From an uncultured bacterium (lineage in GTDB: Bacteria; Acidobacteriota; HRBIN11; JAKEFK01): a stretch of 64,000 nt of DNA. The first letter of the stretch is position 1, and each line of letters begins with the position of its first letter. The position numbers were made by a program, and so were the translations under genes. The notes under the pieces were generated by a model. It worked only from the letters and a program-made list of their open reading frames with translations. It was not told the origin of the DNA and ran no database searches. Below, one piece after another: positions 28,269-38,371 of this stretch. Location: the NCBI GenBank assembly GCA_963777505.1, contig CAVZQN010000003.1, positions 288,001-352,000 of the forward strand. The letters are read 5' to 3'.

Positions 28269-29897
28269 ATGCAGTCAAAAGAAAAACAGATCGATCTCAT
28301 TTGGTTGGGTAATAGTGCGTCAGCTCCATCGTGGAATTTGGGTCGTGTTCTTGAAGTAAAAGCAACAGTACGTGATCTGCGAGACGCTGTCGCGAAACAT
28401 CTTCTGGATTCCCCTGGAGATTTATTACTCTTCTGGGATAGCCGCTTACCGGCGCCAGATCCCGTTACTATTCAAACGATTCAGGCGACCAGAGGTGATC
28501 TCTGGCATGCCGGACTTCGACTCGGCTTGCAAGGTAAACCTTCATTAGTTTATTCGGTAGTATCTACCTGGCTGCTCAATGCCGATTCTGATCCGATGAT
28601 TTCTTCCACTTCATGGCGTTTATCTCTGCGGGCTGCATTAATTCCTTCGAGTGTATTAAGTCGATTTGATTTCATTCGACCTGAATTTGAAAGCATTGAT
28701 ACGGCATCACTTGAGTTGGGGTACAGATTGCTAACCAACGGAGTATTGATGCGTCATACGCCTGAACTTGTTCCGCAGCCTCACAATGAAATTGCCACAG
28801 AAATTTCGTTTAGCGATGAAGTTCGCTTTATATCTTCGTGCTATGGAAGATTTTGGACGAAATGGGCATTGTTTCGCGCCGCGCTTAACAAAAGGATCGA
28901 TTTTGGTTCCATTCGCAAGGAACTAAAAACAAATGTGCTTTCTGCTTCGAAAAAATACAAACCGTATCACTCATGGACTGATCACAATAAGCCATCCGTT
29001 GATAAAGGTAATGTAACCGTACTCATTCCAACCCTCGACCGATATATGTACTTACGCAAATTGCTCGGGCAGTTAAGGCACCAGACTGTGAAACCACTTG
29101 AGATTTTGGTTATCGATCAGTCTAAAGACCGCGATGTTTCATTGGCGGCTGATTTTAAGGATCTTCCTTTACAAGTTCTTCATCGGGATCAAGCAGGTCA
29201 ATGCTCTTCCAGAAATGCTGGACTGCAGATCGCAAAAGGAGAATATGTTCTATTTCTTGATGATGATTCTGAAATACCAAATGATTTGATTGAAAAACAT
29301 TTGAAGAGCATTCGCCATTTTCAGGCTGATGCATCTTCCGGAGTAGCGGAAGAGATTGGTGCCGAACCGCTTCCAGAGTATTTCAAATTGATTCGCGCAA
29401 GCGATGTTTTCCCTACGAATAATACTTTGATTCATCGTTCTGTTTTAGAGCGTTCAGGTTTATTTGATCTTGCATATGAACGCGGTCAGCGTGCTGATGG
29501 AGATCTCGGCATGCGAGTTTATTTAAGCGGGGGATTCATGGTGTTAAATCCTGAAATTCGTATCCTGCATTATCATGCTCCCAGTGGAGGGCTTCGCGCG
29601 CACAAGGCACGTGTTATTACATACGCAAGCAGCAGGAATACTCTGATGCACCGGCATCTACCAAGTACGACCGAAATTTATTTGTCTAAAAGATATTATT
29701 CCTCCGAAATTTTGAAGGAAATGTTGTGGCTTCGCGTGGCCGGAACATTCAGCATCCGCGGCTCCAAGATTAAGAAAGCCGCAAAAGTTTTGGTAAGCGG
29801 ATTGCTGCTTCCCCATAGTCTGATTGTAATTAAACGGAGAATAAAAGAAGCAAACGAAATGTCTCAACACTTTCCTCAAATTCCTTTTCCAAGCTGA
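28269..29897 (+). CDS. Glycosyltransferase family 2 with N-terminal extension
   Basis: C-terminal half has VTVLIPTLDR, VIDQS, SRNAG, LFLDDD. Confidence 0.85.
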   Translation: MQSKEKQIDLIWLGNSASAPSWNLGRVLEVKATVRDLRDAVAKHLLDSPGDLLLFWDSRLPAPDPVTIQTIQATRGDLWHAGLRLGLQGKPSLVYSVVSTWLLNADSDPMISSTSWRLSLRAALIPSSVLSRFDFIRPEFESIDTASLELGYRLLTNGVLMRHTPELVPQPHNEIATEISFSDEVRFISSCYGRFWTKWALFRAALNKRIDFGSIRKELKTNVLSASKKYKPYHSWTDHNKPSVDKGNVTVLIPTLDRYMYLRKLLGQLRHQTVKPLEILVIDQSKDRDVSLAADFKDLPLQVLHRDQAGQCSSRNAGLQIAKGEYVLFLDDDSEIPNDLIEKHLKSIRHFQADASSGVAEEIGAEPLPEYFKLIRASDVFPTNNTLIHRSVLERSGLFDLAYERGQRADGDLGMRVYLSGGFMVLNPEIRILHYHAPSGGLRAHKARVITYASSRNTLMHRHLPSTTEIYLSKRYYSSEILKEMLWLRVAGTFSIRGSKIKKAAKVLVSGLLLPHSLIVIKRRIKEANEMSQHFPQIPFPS

Positions 29898-29916
29898 AAC
29901 ATACCGGACAAAAATC

Positions 29917-31041
29917 ATGAACCTGCATGTTCTACATCTTATTGATACACTTTCAAACGGTGGTGCTGAAAGGATGCTTGTAGACATTGCCAATCAAACA
30001 ATTCAAGACGGAGGGCGTGCTTCTGTTTGTGTAACCCGGTCCGGTGCAGAAATTGCAGGCGAGCTCGATTCTAAAATCGAACTTTGCATATTAAACAGGA
30101 AGAAAAGGTTTGATTCGAAAGCAATGGGCCAGCTGGCAGATTTCGTAAAAACACGAAATGTAGACATCGTTCATTGTCACGGAAGATCTACTTTTAGTCT
30201 TGCCGCTGTTTCACGCGCAATCGGCGGTATTCAAACTCCACTCTTGCTCCATGATCATTACGGAAAGATAGAAATGGATACTTCAATACCTTTCTGGTTC
30301 AGAATATGGGGGAAGCACTATGTCAACGCATATGTAGGAGTCTCTGAAAATTTGGGAAGATGGGCTCATTCAGCGGGTGTGAAAGGTAGAAAAATTAATG
30401 TAATTGACAATGCATTAAATCTTGCAAGGGTTCAACAGAGCAATTTGTTAAATCTTCGTGAGAAATTTGGAATCCCTGAACAATCTTTGATTGGAATTGT
30501 AGTTGCAGGGCTGCGTTATGAAAAAGGGATCGATTTCCTGATTGAAGCCCTTTCAAAATCAAAGAGTTTGTCAAAGTTTCACGTTGTGATTGTCGGCGGT
30601 CAACGTGAAAATGGATATCTTACGCAATGCAACGCTTTGGCAAACAAGTTAGGTATTTCTGATCGGATTATTTTTGCCGGCGAGCAGAACGATTCCGCTG
30701 CGTGGGTTCGGGGTGCGGATTTTGCAATCATTTCTTCCCGTTCAGAATCGGGACCGCTTGTTTTAATTGAATATCTTGCAGCAGGTCTTCCTTTTGTAGC
30801 AACACTGGCAGGTTCTATTGCACGAACTGCGGCCGATAACGGCGTTCCTGGATTTGTAAAGCGAGACAACCTCATTGAATTTACACGCGAAATCGATGCT
30901 CTTGTTCAACTGGATCCCAGAGCTAGAGCAGAAAGGGGGAAGATTGGAAAGGCTGTTGCTGAGAGAATGTTTGATATTCGACAATCGATGCCGCAATGGT
31001 ATCGAGTCTATGGCGACGCACTGAATCAACAATCAGCGTGA
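29917..31041 (+). CDS. Glycosyltransferase family 4
   Basis: GGAERML, AGLRYEKG, SESGPLVLIEYLAAGLP. Confidence 0.88.
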   Translation: MNLHVLHLIDTLSNGGAERMLVDIANQTIQDGGRASVCVTRSGAEIAGELDSKIELCILNRKKRFDSKAMGQLADFVKTRNVDIVHCHGRSTFSLAAVSRAIGGIQTPLLLHDHYGKIEMDTSIPFWFRIWGKHYVNAYVGVSENLGRWAHSAGVKGRKINVIDNALNLARVQQSNLLNLREKFGIPEQSLIGIVVAGLRYEKGIDFLIEALSKSKSLSKFHVVIVGGQRENGYLTQCNALANKLGISDRIIFAGEQNDSAAWVRGADFAIISSRSESGPLVLIEYLAAGLPFVATLAGSIARTAADNGVPGFVKRDNLIEFTREIDALVQLDPRARAERGKIGKAVAERMFDIRQSMPQWYRVYGDALNQQSA

Positions 31042-32150
31042 GACTTTTAATCATTTCTAATATGTCGCATTACCTCAAAGACGGCCGTGTCTTTGGTTGG
31101 GGTCCAACTGTGCAGGAAATAAACCATCTATCTAAACTTTTTGATAGTGTGAGGCATATCGCATTTTTACATCCGGAGCAGGCGCCGGCTTCTTCCTTGC
31201 CCTATGAGTCTAAGAATATTTACCTTGTTCCTATGAGTCCCAGCGGAGGCAAGAGATGGTACAACAAATTCAAGATTTTATTCCTGGCGCCAAAATATGT
31301 TTGGACAATTCATAAAGAGTTGAAGAATGCTGATGTCGTTCACCTTCGTTGTCCTGCAAATATCACTCTGCTTGCTCTTTTGTATTTATCATTTTCAAAG
31401 AATCCTGCAAAAAGATGGATCAAATATGCAGGCAACTGGAAGCCTGATCAAAAGGAAGCCTGGTCTTACACCGCTCAACGGTGGTTGTCGCGGCGCGGCT
31501 TTCATTGCGGTGTTGTGACTGTCAATGGAAATTGGAAAGGTGAACCTGAGTTCATACACTCTTTCCCTAACCCGTGTCTGGACAAAAATGAATTGGATTC
31601 TGCAAAAGAAATCGGAATTCGAAAGGAAATCGCCGATCCGATTCAGCTGATGTACAGTGGCCGATTAGATGAAGAAAAAGGAGTAGGCCGGTGTCTCCAA
31701 ATCGTATCCATTCTTAAAAAGAGAAATATCTCTGCGCGATTGGATGTGGTTGGCGACGGCGCTCTGCGGAAAACCTTCGAAGGGATGGCTCGATCTCTCA
31801 ATGTTGATGACATCGTGAATTTCTACGGTTGGCTTCCGCGTACAAAACTTCCTGAAATTTATGCAAAGGGCCATATATTCTTATTCCCGAGTTCAAGCAG
31901 TGAAGGCTGGCCCAAAGTCTTGAGTGAATCGATGGCATATGGAATGGTTCCGATAGCCGGACGTATCAGCAGTATTCCGCAGTACTTAGAAATGTTCGAG
32001 TGCGGCACTGTATTAGACCCTTTCGATATTGAGGGTTTTGCTGATGCAATTTACAGCTATCGAAATGATCCTGAGAAGTGGCGGATTCAATCCCGCAAAG
32101 GAATCAGTTCCGCTTCTCTTTTTCCTATGAGAACTACCTTAAGAAAGTGA
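31038..32150 (+). CDS. Glycosyltransferase family 4 (true end probably 32215; -1 slip in T5 at 32119-32123)
   Basis: GTG start overlaps the previous TGA; SGRLDEEKG, SEGWPKVLSESMAYG. Adding one T gives the typical tail LFSYENYLKKVTELL... Confidence 0.85.
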   Translation: MRLLIISNMSHYLKDGRVFGWGPTVQEINHLSKLFDSVRHIAFLHPEQAPASSLPYESKNIYLVPMSPSGGKRWYNKFKILFLAPKYVWTIHKELKNADVVHLRCPANITLLALLYLSFSKNPAKRWIKYAGNWKPDQKEAWSYTAQRWLSRRGFHCGVVTVNGNWKGEPEFIHSFPNPCLDKNELDSAKEIGIRKEIADPIQLMYSGRLDEEKGVGRCLQIVSILKKRNISARLDVVGDGALRKTFEGMARSLNVDDIVNFYGWLPRTKLPEIYAKGHIFLFPSSSSEGWPKVLSESMAYGMVPIAGRISSIPQYLEMFECGTVLDPFDIEGFADAIYSYRNDPEKWRIQSRKGISSASLFPMRTTLRK

Positions 32151-32225
32151 CCGAGCTTCTCCAGTTAAACGATAAGATGATAGAAAGAGGAATGACGCCA
32201 GTTCCAACTGATTAAATAACTCACT

Positions 32226-33209
32226 ATGGAAATCCTAACAAACGCATCTCCGCCGTTAACGCGTGAGCTTCACCCCGTTACGATTGAATCGACTAAGCCA
32301 GCGAATATATTGCCGCTCCTGTTCATTCTGATTCACGTTCCTTTGGCTTTACAGATGGATAAATATGAACAGATTTCCACAGCTCACGCGTACGTCGTTC
32401 TGGCCGTAGGTATCATTGCAGCGATTGCAAAAAGGCTTGATATTGCAGCAGCTGCGGCTGCATATATTACAGGCGCAGAAGTCTTATGGCGAATGACACA
32501 CGCAAACGTCTTCTGGGAGTTTGGAAAATATGCAACGGTTGCTATCTTTATTGTTGGCTTGATCCGTTCAGGAATTCGAAACTCGGTTTTACCTTTTATT
32601 TACTTTGGTCTTCTCATTCCTTCAACAATCCTTACGGCTGAAGGATTATCAATCGCTCTTGCTCGATCGGAACTTAGTTTTAATCTTTCCGGACCTCTTG
32701 CGCTTCTCGTAACTACTTGCTTTTTTTCTGGATTGTCGTTCACCAGGAAACAAATAGGAAATATTTTTATTTCTATGCTGGCACCGATTAGTGGAATTGC
32801 CTCGATTGCAGCCTATTCAACATTGACCGCCACCGCTATTCATTGGAGTGGTGAATCGAATTGGACAACAAGCGGTGGGTTTGGTCCCAATCAAGTTTCA
32901 TCGATGCTAGGCCTTGGTGCACTAACAACACTGTGGTGTTTTATCGCACTGAAATCCACAAAATTCTTGAAACTGGTACTGATGGGTCTGGGTATTGTTT
33001 TGATCACACAAGCGCTGCTCACATTTTCAAGGGGCGGCGTGTATCTCGCTGTTGCCAGTATTTTGGTTGTCGATAATTTTTCTGGTCAGACAACCCCGGC
33101 AGCTCATTCAGCTTCTTTTTGGAGCTGTTGTAGTAAGCGTAATCATGTTTGCACTGGTGAGGCCATGGCTGAATTCATTTACCGGAAATCGCTTAGAGGA
33201 GCGCTATAA
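32226..33209 (+). CDS. O-antigen ligase/polymerase (Wzy/WaaL-like) membrane protein, N-terminal part (frameshift ~33066)
   Basis: Many TM helices; GGFGPNQ, LLTFSRGG motif. Confidence 0.75.
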   Translation: MEILTNASPPLTRELHPVTIESTKPANILPLLFILIHVPLALQMDKYEQISTAHAYVVLAVGIIAAIAKRLDIAAAAAAYITGAEVLWRMTHANVFWEFGKYATVAIFIVGLIRSGIRNSVLPFIYFGLLIPSTILTAEGLSIALARSELSFNLSGPLALLVTTCFFSGLSFTRKQIGNIFISMLAPISGIASIAAYSTLTATAIHWSGESNWTTSGGFGPNQVSSMLGLGALTTLWCFIALKSTKFLKLVLMGLGIVLITQALLTFSRGGVYLAVASILVVDNFSGQTTPAAHSASFWSCCSKRNHVCTGEAMAEFIYRKSLRGAL

Positions 33210-33624
33210 GAATGTCGGAACAACTGGACGTATAGAAATTATCGAAGATGATTTGAGAATCTGGAGCGAGCATCCATTTCTTGGAGTAGGACCAGGTCAA
33301 GCTATGGATTATAGAAGATTATTTGAGCGCGGAGCGCTTGCCCATACTGAGTTTACACGCATGCTTGCTGAACATGGCATGCTCGGTCTTGCTGCCATCG
33401 GTATATTAATAGCAATTGCATTTCGAAATATGCATCAAACACCGTCAGGAGTTGGGAGAGCGGTTAACGGTTCGCTCATATTTTGGAGTATTTCTTTTAT
33501 GGCAATTTATGCAATGAGGCTTGCTGCTCCAGCATTTTTATTTGGTCTGAGCTCAGCGTATACCGTTGAGGATGACGATTATGTCATAGCAGGCGACGAA
33601 GTTGATGAAGAGAACAGCGAATGA
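33052..33624 (+). CDS. O-antigen ligase/polymerase-like protein, C-terminal part
   Basis: TTGRIEI...HPFLGVGPG...AHTEFTRMLAEHGMLG (Wzy_C signature); the joined protein is ~465 aa. Confidence 0.75.
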   Translation: MPVFWLSIIFLVRQPRQLIQLLFGAVVVSVIMFALVRPWLNSFTGNRLEERYKNVGTTGRIEIIEDDLRIWSEHPFLGVGPGQAMDYRRLFERGALAHTEFTRMLAEHGMLGLAAIGILIAIAFRNMHQTPSGVGRAVNGSLIFWSISFMAIYAMRLAAPAFLFGLSSAYTVEDDDYVIAGDEVDEENSE

Positions 33625-34682
33625 AGCATCGTTCACTTCTCATTGTAGGAAATTTCCTTTCACAAGCTTCGAAGACTAGAAGCGTTTGCGAAGATCTGGC
33701 AGAGCGCTTAACCGATTCCGGATGGTCTGTAATTACAACTTCTTCAAGAAAACCTCGCGCTGCACGCCTGATGGATATGCTTTCCACAATTTGGAAAAAA
33801 AGAAATGAGTATGAAATTGCACAGGTTGATGTTTATAGCGGACGTGCTTTTTTATGGGCAGAAGCTTCTTGCTGGACGCTTCGTCAGGCGCGAAAGGATT
33901 ATGTTTTAACTCTTCATGGTGGCAACCTTCCAGAATTTTCACGGAAGCATCCAGAAAGAGTTCGCAAGCTTCTAAATTCAGCAATTGCTGTAACGTCACC
34001 TTCTTTGTATCTGGCAGAATTAATGGGCCAGTATCGGCAGGATTTGATCCTGCTGCCGAATCCAATTGATGTAAATGCATTTTCATATCGAATGCGAAAA
34101 GATCCTAAACCAAGATTGGTCTGGCTTCGTGCATTTCATAGAATCTACAATCCACAGCTAGCTGTTAAGGTGCTTGCACTGTTGACTCAAGATTTTCCGG
34201 AGATTCAACTCATTATGGGCGGACCAGATAAAGATGGTGTGACATTGAAAGAATTTAGAGAGACAGCGGAGACACTTAAAGTCTGGGACAGAATTGAAAT
34301 ATCTGGATCCATCCAACGCAGTAATATCAGTGCTTTTCTAAACCGGGGCGATATTTTTCTTAACACAACTTTTTTTGATAACACTCCAGTTAGTGTGATG
34401 GAAGCCATGGCATGCGGGCTTTGTATAGTCAGTACGAATGTCGGCGGAATACCAAAACTCCTTGAGCATGAAAAAGATGCTTTATTGGTGCCGCCAGATG
34501 ATCACAATGCGATGGCCGCAGCTGTATCCCGCCTTTTAACTGAAACGGAATTTTCTTCAAAAATTTCAGCGGGCGCTCGCTCTAAAGTGGAAAATTTTGA
34601 TTGGTCTCAGATTCTTCCAAAATGGCAATCTCTTTTTGTGGCCTGCTCCAAGCAAAACCAAATCACTCCCATCGGAAACTAA
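33621..34682 (+). CDS. Glycosyltransferase family 4
   Basis: LHGGNLP, WLRAFHRIYNP, DNTPVSVMEAMACGL. Confidence 0.9.
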   Translation: MKHRSLLIVGNFLSQASKTRSVCEDLAERLTDSGWSVITTSSRKPRAARLMDMLSTIWKKRNEYEIAQVDVYSGRAFLWAEASCWTLRQARKDYVLTLHGGNLPEFSRKHPERVRKLLNSAIAVTSPSLYLAELMGQYRQDLILLPNPIDVNAFSYRMRKDPKPRLVWLRAFHRIYNPQLAVKVLALLTQDFPEIQLIMGGPDKDGVTLKEFRETAETLKVWDRIEISGSIQRSNISAFLNRGDIFLNTTFFDNTPVSVMEAMACGLCIVSTNVGGIPKLLEHEKDALLVPPDDHNAMAAAVSRLLTETEFSSKISAGARSKVENFDWSQILPKWQSLFVACSKQNQITPIGN

Positions 34683-34685
34683 GAA

Positions 34686-36062
34686 ATGTCACTTCCAGAA
34701 CAGAATTCATGGAATCGAATTTTGCGAAATTGGATTTTACCCGTTGGCGATTTCGCTTTCGGACAGGGAATGATTGAACGATTCAATTATCTTGAAAAAG
34801 CACAATGGTGGGATCAAGAAAAAATTCATAAAGTACGAAACGAAAGTCTGCAAAAACTAATTCAAATTGCCTTTCATGAAGTTCCGTACTACCGCGAGCA
34901 AATGATGCGCGCAAACGTCAAGCCAGAAGATATAAGGACAATCTCTGATCTGCAAAAAATTCCGATTTCAACAAAAGACATGTTTCGGGAAAATCATCCA
35001 GCCAAGACAGTCAGACAAACGAAACAAAGACATTACGAAGTACGAACATCAGGTTCTACGGGAAAGAATTTTTCTGTAATTGAAGATGCGGCAACGGCTG
35101 GCTCATACCGGGCATGCCACCTTCTCTCACTTAGTTGGGCAGGATGGAATATTGGTGACCCTCATCTTCAAACTGGAATGACATTGAAAAGAAGTTTGGA
35201 CAGAAAGCTCAAAGATGCTTTCATGCGATGTCACTATGTTTCAGCATTTGATCTAACCGATGAAAATTTGGATCGAAGTCTAGAGCGAATCGAACGTAAC
35301 AAATTGAAGCATGTTTGGGGTTATCCTGGCAGTATATTTTTTCTTGCGCGTAGAGCATTACAAAATGGATTTCTCGAAAAGCTGAATTCAGTTGTAACCT
35401 GGGGGGACACTCTCTACAGCAACTATCGTGAAACAATTGAAAAGGCATTTCAGGTTCGTGTTCATGACACATATGGTTGTGGTGAGGGAATACAAATCTC
35501 CGCGCAATGCGGTGTGGGCAGCAACTATCATATCCATTCACTGGATACGATTGTTGAGTTCATCAATGATGATGGCACTCCCGCAGCTTCAGGTGAACCA
35601 GCAAACATTATTCTTACGCGATTACATCCCGGTCCGATGCCTTTGATCCGTTACAGGGTTGGAGATGTTGGAATTTCTTCTTTAGATAAAAAATGCGAAT
35701 GTGGAAGAGGATTTGATTTAATGCATAGCATCCAGGGGCGGGATACAGATGTGGTAATCACTCCGAATGGCAACAAATTGATCGTCCATTTTTTTACTGG
35801 AGTCCTTGAACATTTCCATGAAATTGACTCCTTCCAGGTAATTCAAGAATCAATCGATTCTATCCTCATCCGAATGGTGCTTAACACGCCTTTAACAAAA
35901 GAACTCGATAATAGGATTGTGAAGGCTCTTCAAGAAAAAGGAGCAACCGGTTTGCGTATCGAGCTTGAGACAGTCAGCGACATTCCAATTTCAAAGAACG
36001 GTAAAAGAAGGTTTGTTATTAGCAGTGTTGGAAAATCGAACATAAGCTCAAATGTTGTATAA
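34686..36062 (+). CDS. Phenylacetate-CoA ligase-like / CapK family protein
   Basis: TSGSTGK P-loop, YGCGE, MPLIRYRVGD, IQGRDTD, NGKRRFV. Confidence 0.85.
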   Translation: MSLPEQNSWNRILRNWILPVGDFAFGQGMIERFNYLEKAQWWDQEKIHKVRNESLQKLIQIAFHEVPYYREQMMRANVKPEDIRTISDLQKIPISTKDMFRENHPAKTVRQTKQRHYEVRTSGSTGKNFSVIEDAATAGSYRACHLLSLSWAGWNIGDPHLQTGMTLKRSLDRKLKDAFMRCHYVSAFDLTDENLDRSLERIERNKLKHVWGYPGSIFFLARRALQNGFLEKLNSVVTWGDTLYSNYRETIEKAFQVRVHDTYGCGEGIQISAQCGVGSNYHIHSLDTIVEFINDDGTPAASGEPANIILTRLHPGPMPLIRYRVGDVGISSLDKKCECGRGFDLMHSIQGRDTDVVITPNGNKLIVHFFTGVLEHFHEIDSFQVIQESIDSILIRMVLNTPLTKELDNRIVKALQEKGATGLRIELETVSDIPISKNGKRRFVISSVGKSNISSNVV

Positions 36063-36155
36063 GAACTGGAGTTCCTCCTCTAGATTTAGTGCTTCTCCCG
36101 TTTGAAATTCGGACAAATCTCATACAAAAACGGCGATTTTGAGAGGAGTGGTCTG

Positions 36156-36171
36156 TGGCTTAACTCTTGCA
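36156..36171 (+). promoter_or_regulatory. Putative sigma54 (-24/-12) promoter
   Basis: TGGCTT-AACTC-TTGCA, with GG (36157-58) and GC (36169-70) exactly 10 bp apart, in a long intergenic region. Confidence 0.5.
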
Positions 36172-36196
36172 TACTTCTTGTCGAACTTAGAATGCC

Positions 36197-36223
36197 GATG
36201 ATCGGACTGGACCACCGATCATC
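36197..36223. repeat. Perfect 9-bp inverted repeat (hairpin)
   Basis: GATGATCGG-actggacca-CCGATCATC; no U-tract on either strand. Confidence 0.7.
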
Positions 36224-36888
36224 AGAAAAGCAATAGATTTTCGACAGATTTCCTAATTAGGAATACAATTGTAGTACTACCGGTTAAGTGGAATCTATTA
36301 AGAAGATCCTATTCGATTAAGATTTTTTGCAAAAAGGTTGATCCGAGATAGCATTTTTTGATTTCGGAGACCATATTTAAAGTGTCTTTTTGCATTAAGT
36401 GTTGTTCGTGGCTGAGTTGGTTTGAATTGGGCAAGTGGAGATTATGGCGTTCGTAATTGATTCGTGTGTTTCCGTGAACATCAGTATAGCCTCTGGAATT
36501 CGTAATAAGAATTCTATGCATTTCGCTTATGGGGGTGGGGTTTTATGCCGCACTGTGGTACTGGACGAGCTTTCAAAGCAACATTGCTGCAGTTCCCAGT
36601 CCAGAGATCTCACACTTCAGCAGTCATATTCAGAGGAAACCAAATCGCAACAATTGACGATAACTTTAATAACTAACAAAAAAGAACTTCTTTCCGGAAA
36701 GACGGAGAACAATGAGGGTTGTTCGAATTGTCTTGAATCGCCGGGAAAATTATTGCAATAGTGACGTGTTTTGAAGCGTGATGCTGCACATTCAATTTCT
36801 AAAATCATTTTCGATTCGTAGAAATTGAAACCTTATTAAAAAAAGCACACGTAACAGTTAGAGGTCTGAAGAGAGAGGAGAAGGGAGT

Positions 36889-38343
36889 ATGCAGTTAACG
36901 GGCGTATTGCGTCTAATAGGACGTTTCGTCGATCGGTATTTAAAGCTAGTTCTGCTCGACGCAGTCGTAGTCATGCTGAGTTTATGGACTGCGTGGTCGA
37001 TTCGAGCACTCACAACGGATCTCGATAGAGGTCCGGTTCTGCTATTTACATCTCTGTCCGTTCTAATTTATTGGCTTTCCAACCTCTGGTTCCGTATGTA
37101 TCAACGGATCTGGAAGTATGCCGCCGCTGCCGAAATTATCAGTATTGCAGAAGCAAATATGTGCTCTGTTTCCATTATTGTGATACTCGATTTATTGTGG
37201 CCCGATACACGGCCCATTCCGATTAGTGTCCTTTTACTGAGCGGCGTTTTTTCGTTTTGTGGTTTTATCATGGTTCGTTATCGACAAAGACTGTGGACCG
37301 GGCTTAATTGGAGATGGAATGCCTATCGAAAGCCCGCCGGACAGGATCAAGAGCGCGTTCTAATTGTCGGTGCCGGAGAAGCGGGTGAAATCTTTGCACG
37401 CCGTATCCTTTATTCGCCGACCGGTGGAAAACGACATGAAATAGTCGGCTTTATTGATGATGATTCTGCGAAGCATAGAATGAGGCTGCATGATTTGCCG
37501 ATTTTTGGCGGATATACATTAATTCCTGAAATCGTTGCCAAGTATGAAGTTGATTTGCTTGTCATCGCAATCTATAACATCACCGGCCCCAACTTCAGAA
37601 ATATTTTGGATGTTTGCGAGAATACACCTGCGCGAATCAAAATCATCCCGGACCCAATGGAGTTTCTGGAACTTCAATCTGATGCGCCGCCTATTCGTGA
37701 CGTTTCTTCCGAAGATCTCTTAGGAAGAAAAGCAGTAGAAATTGATGCTAGTGCTTGCAGCAAGTTGTTGGAAGGTTGTCGTGTCCTTGTTACAGGAGCT
37801 GCTGGCTCAATCGGTTCTGAGCTGTGTGAACAGATTCTATCTTTTAATCCCCAGCAACTCATTCTCCTGGATAATAACGAATCAGGATTATATGAAATTC
37901 ACAATCATCTAAAGCGGCTACTGGCAGCTCAAGCGATCAAAACGCGAATGACTTCAATAGATAAACTGATTCCTATCGTGTGCAGTATTACCAATCGTTC
38001 AAAAATGAATTTTGTATTCAGTAAATATCGTCCAGAGATCGTGTTCCATGCCGCAGCCTATAAACATGTTCCGATGATGGAAGATCAACCGGATGAAGCT
38101 TTATGGGTGAACGTATACGGTACAAAAAATCTTGTTGAACTATCGCGAGAATACGAAGTAGAACGTTTTGTATTTGTTTCGACCGACAAAGCAGTTCAAC
38201 CGGTATGTATGATGGGCGCAACAAAATGGTTGGCTGAACTGATGATCATGAATCCTGATGCCTGGTCCCGCAGAGGACGTGAAGTAGGGGCAGAAGAACG
38301 TCGAAAACAACAGAGAACATCAGCCGAGACATCAAGCGGCTGA
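36889..38343 (+). CDS. CapD/PglF/WbpM-type membrane-anchored UDP-GlcNAc 4,6-dehydratase, N-terminal part (frameshift between 38288 and 38343)
   Basis: 4 TM helices, VLIVGAGEAG, EDLLGR, VTGAAGSIGSEL, FHAAAYKHVP, STDKAV, MGATK; SD GAGGAG upstream. Confidence 0.88.
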   Translation: MQLTGVLRLIGRFVDRYLKLVLLDAVVVMLSLWTAWSIRALTTDLDRGPVLLFTSLSVLIYWLSNLWFRMYQRIWKYAAAAEIISIAEANMCSVSIIVILDLLWPDTRPIPISVLLLSGVFSFCGFIMVRYRQRLWTGLNWRWNAYRKPAGQDQERVLIVGAGEAGEIFARRILYSPTGGKRHEIVGFIDDDSAKHRMRLHDLPIFGGYTLIPEIVAKYEVDLLVIAIYNITGPNFRNILDVCENTPARIKIIPDPMEFLELQSDAPPIRDVSSEDLLGRKAVEIDASACSKLLEGCRVLVTGAAGSIGSELCEQILSFNPQQLILLDNNESGLYEIHNHLKRLLAAQAIKTRMTSIDKLIPIVCSITNRSKMNFVFSKYRPEIVFHAAAYKHVPMMEDQPDEALWVNVYGTKNLVELSREYEVERFVFVSTDKAVQPVCMMGATKWLAELMIMNPDAWSRRGREVGAEERRKQQRTSAETSSG

Positions 38344-38371
38344 AACGGACAGCTCGAATTTTGATGGCACT

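Noticed and set aside
36309-36808. Short ORFs (70, 108 and 63 aa) in the long intergenic region
   Set aside because: No SD, motifs or protein-like composition; they overlap on opposite strands.
36063-36888. c-di-GMP (GEMM) riboswitch upstream of the HD-GYP fusion
   Set aside because: I could not find the GGCAAA...GAAA...GCAAA pattern by eye; it needs cmscan.
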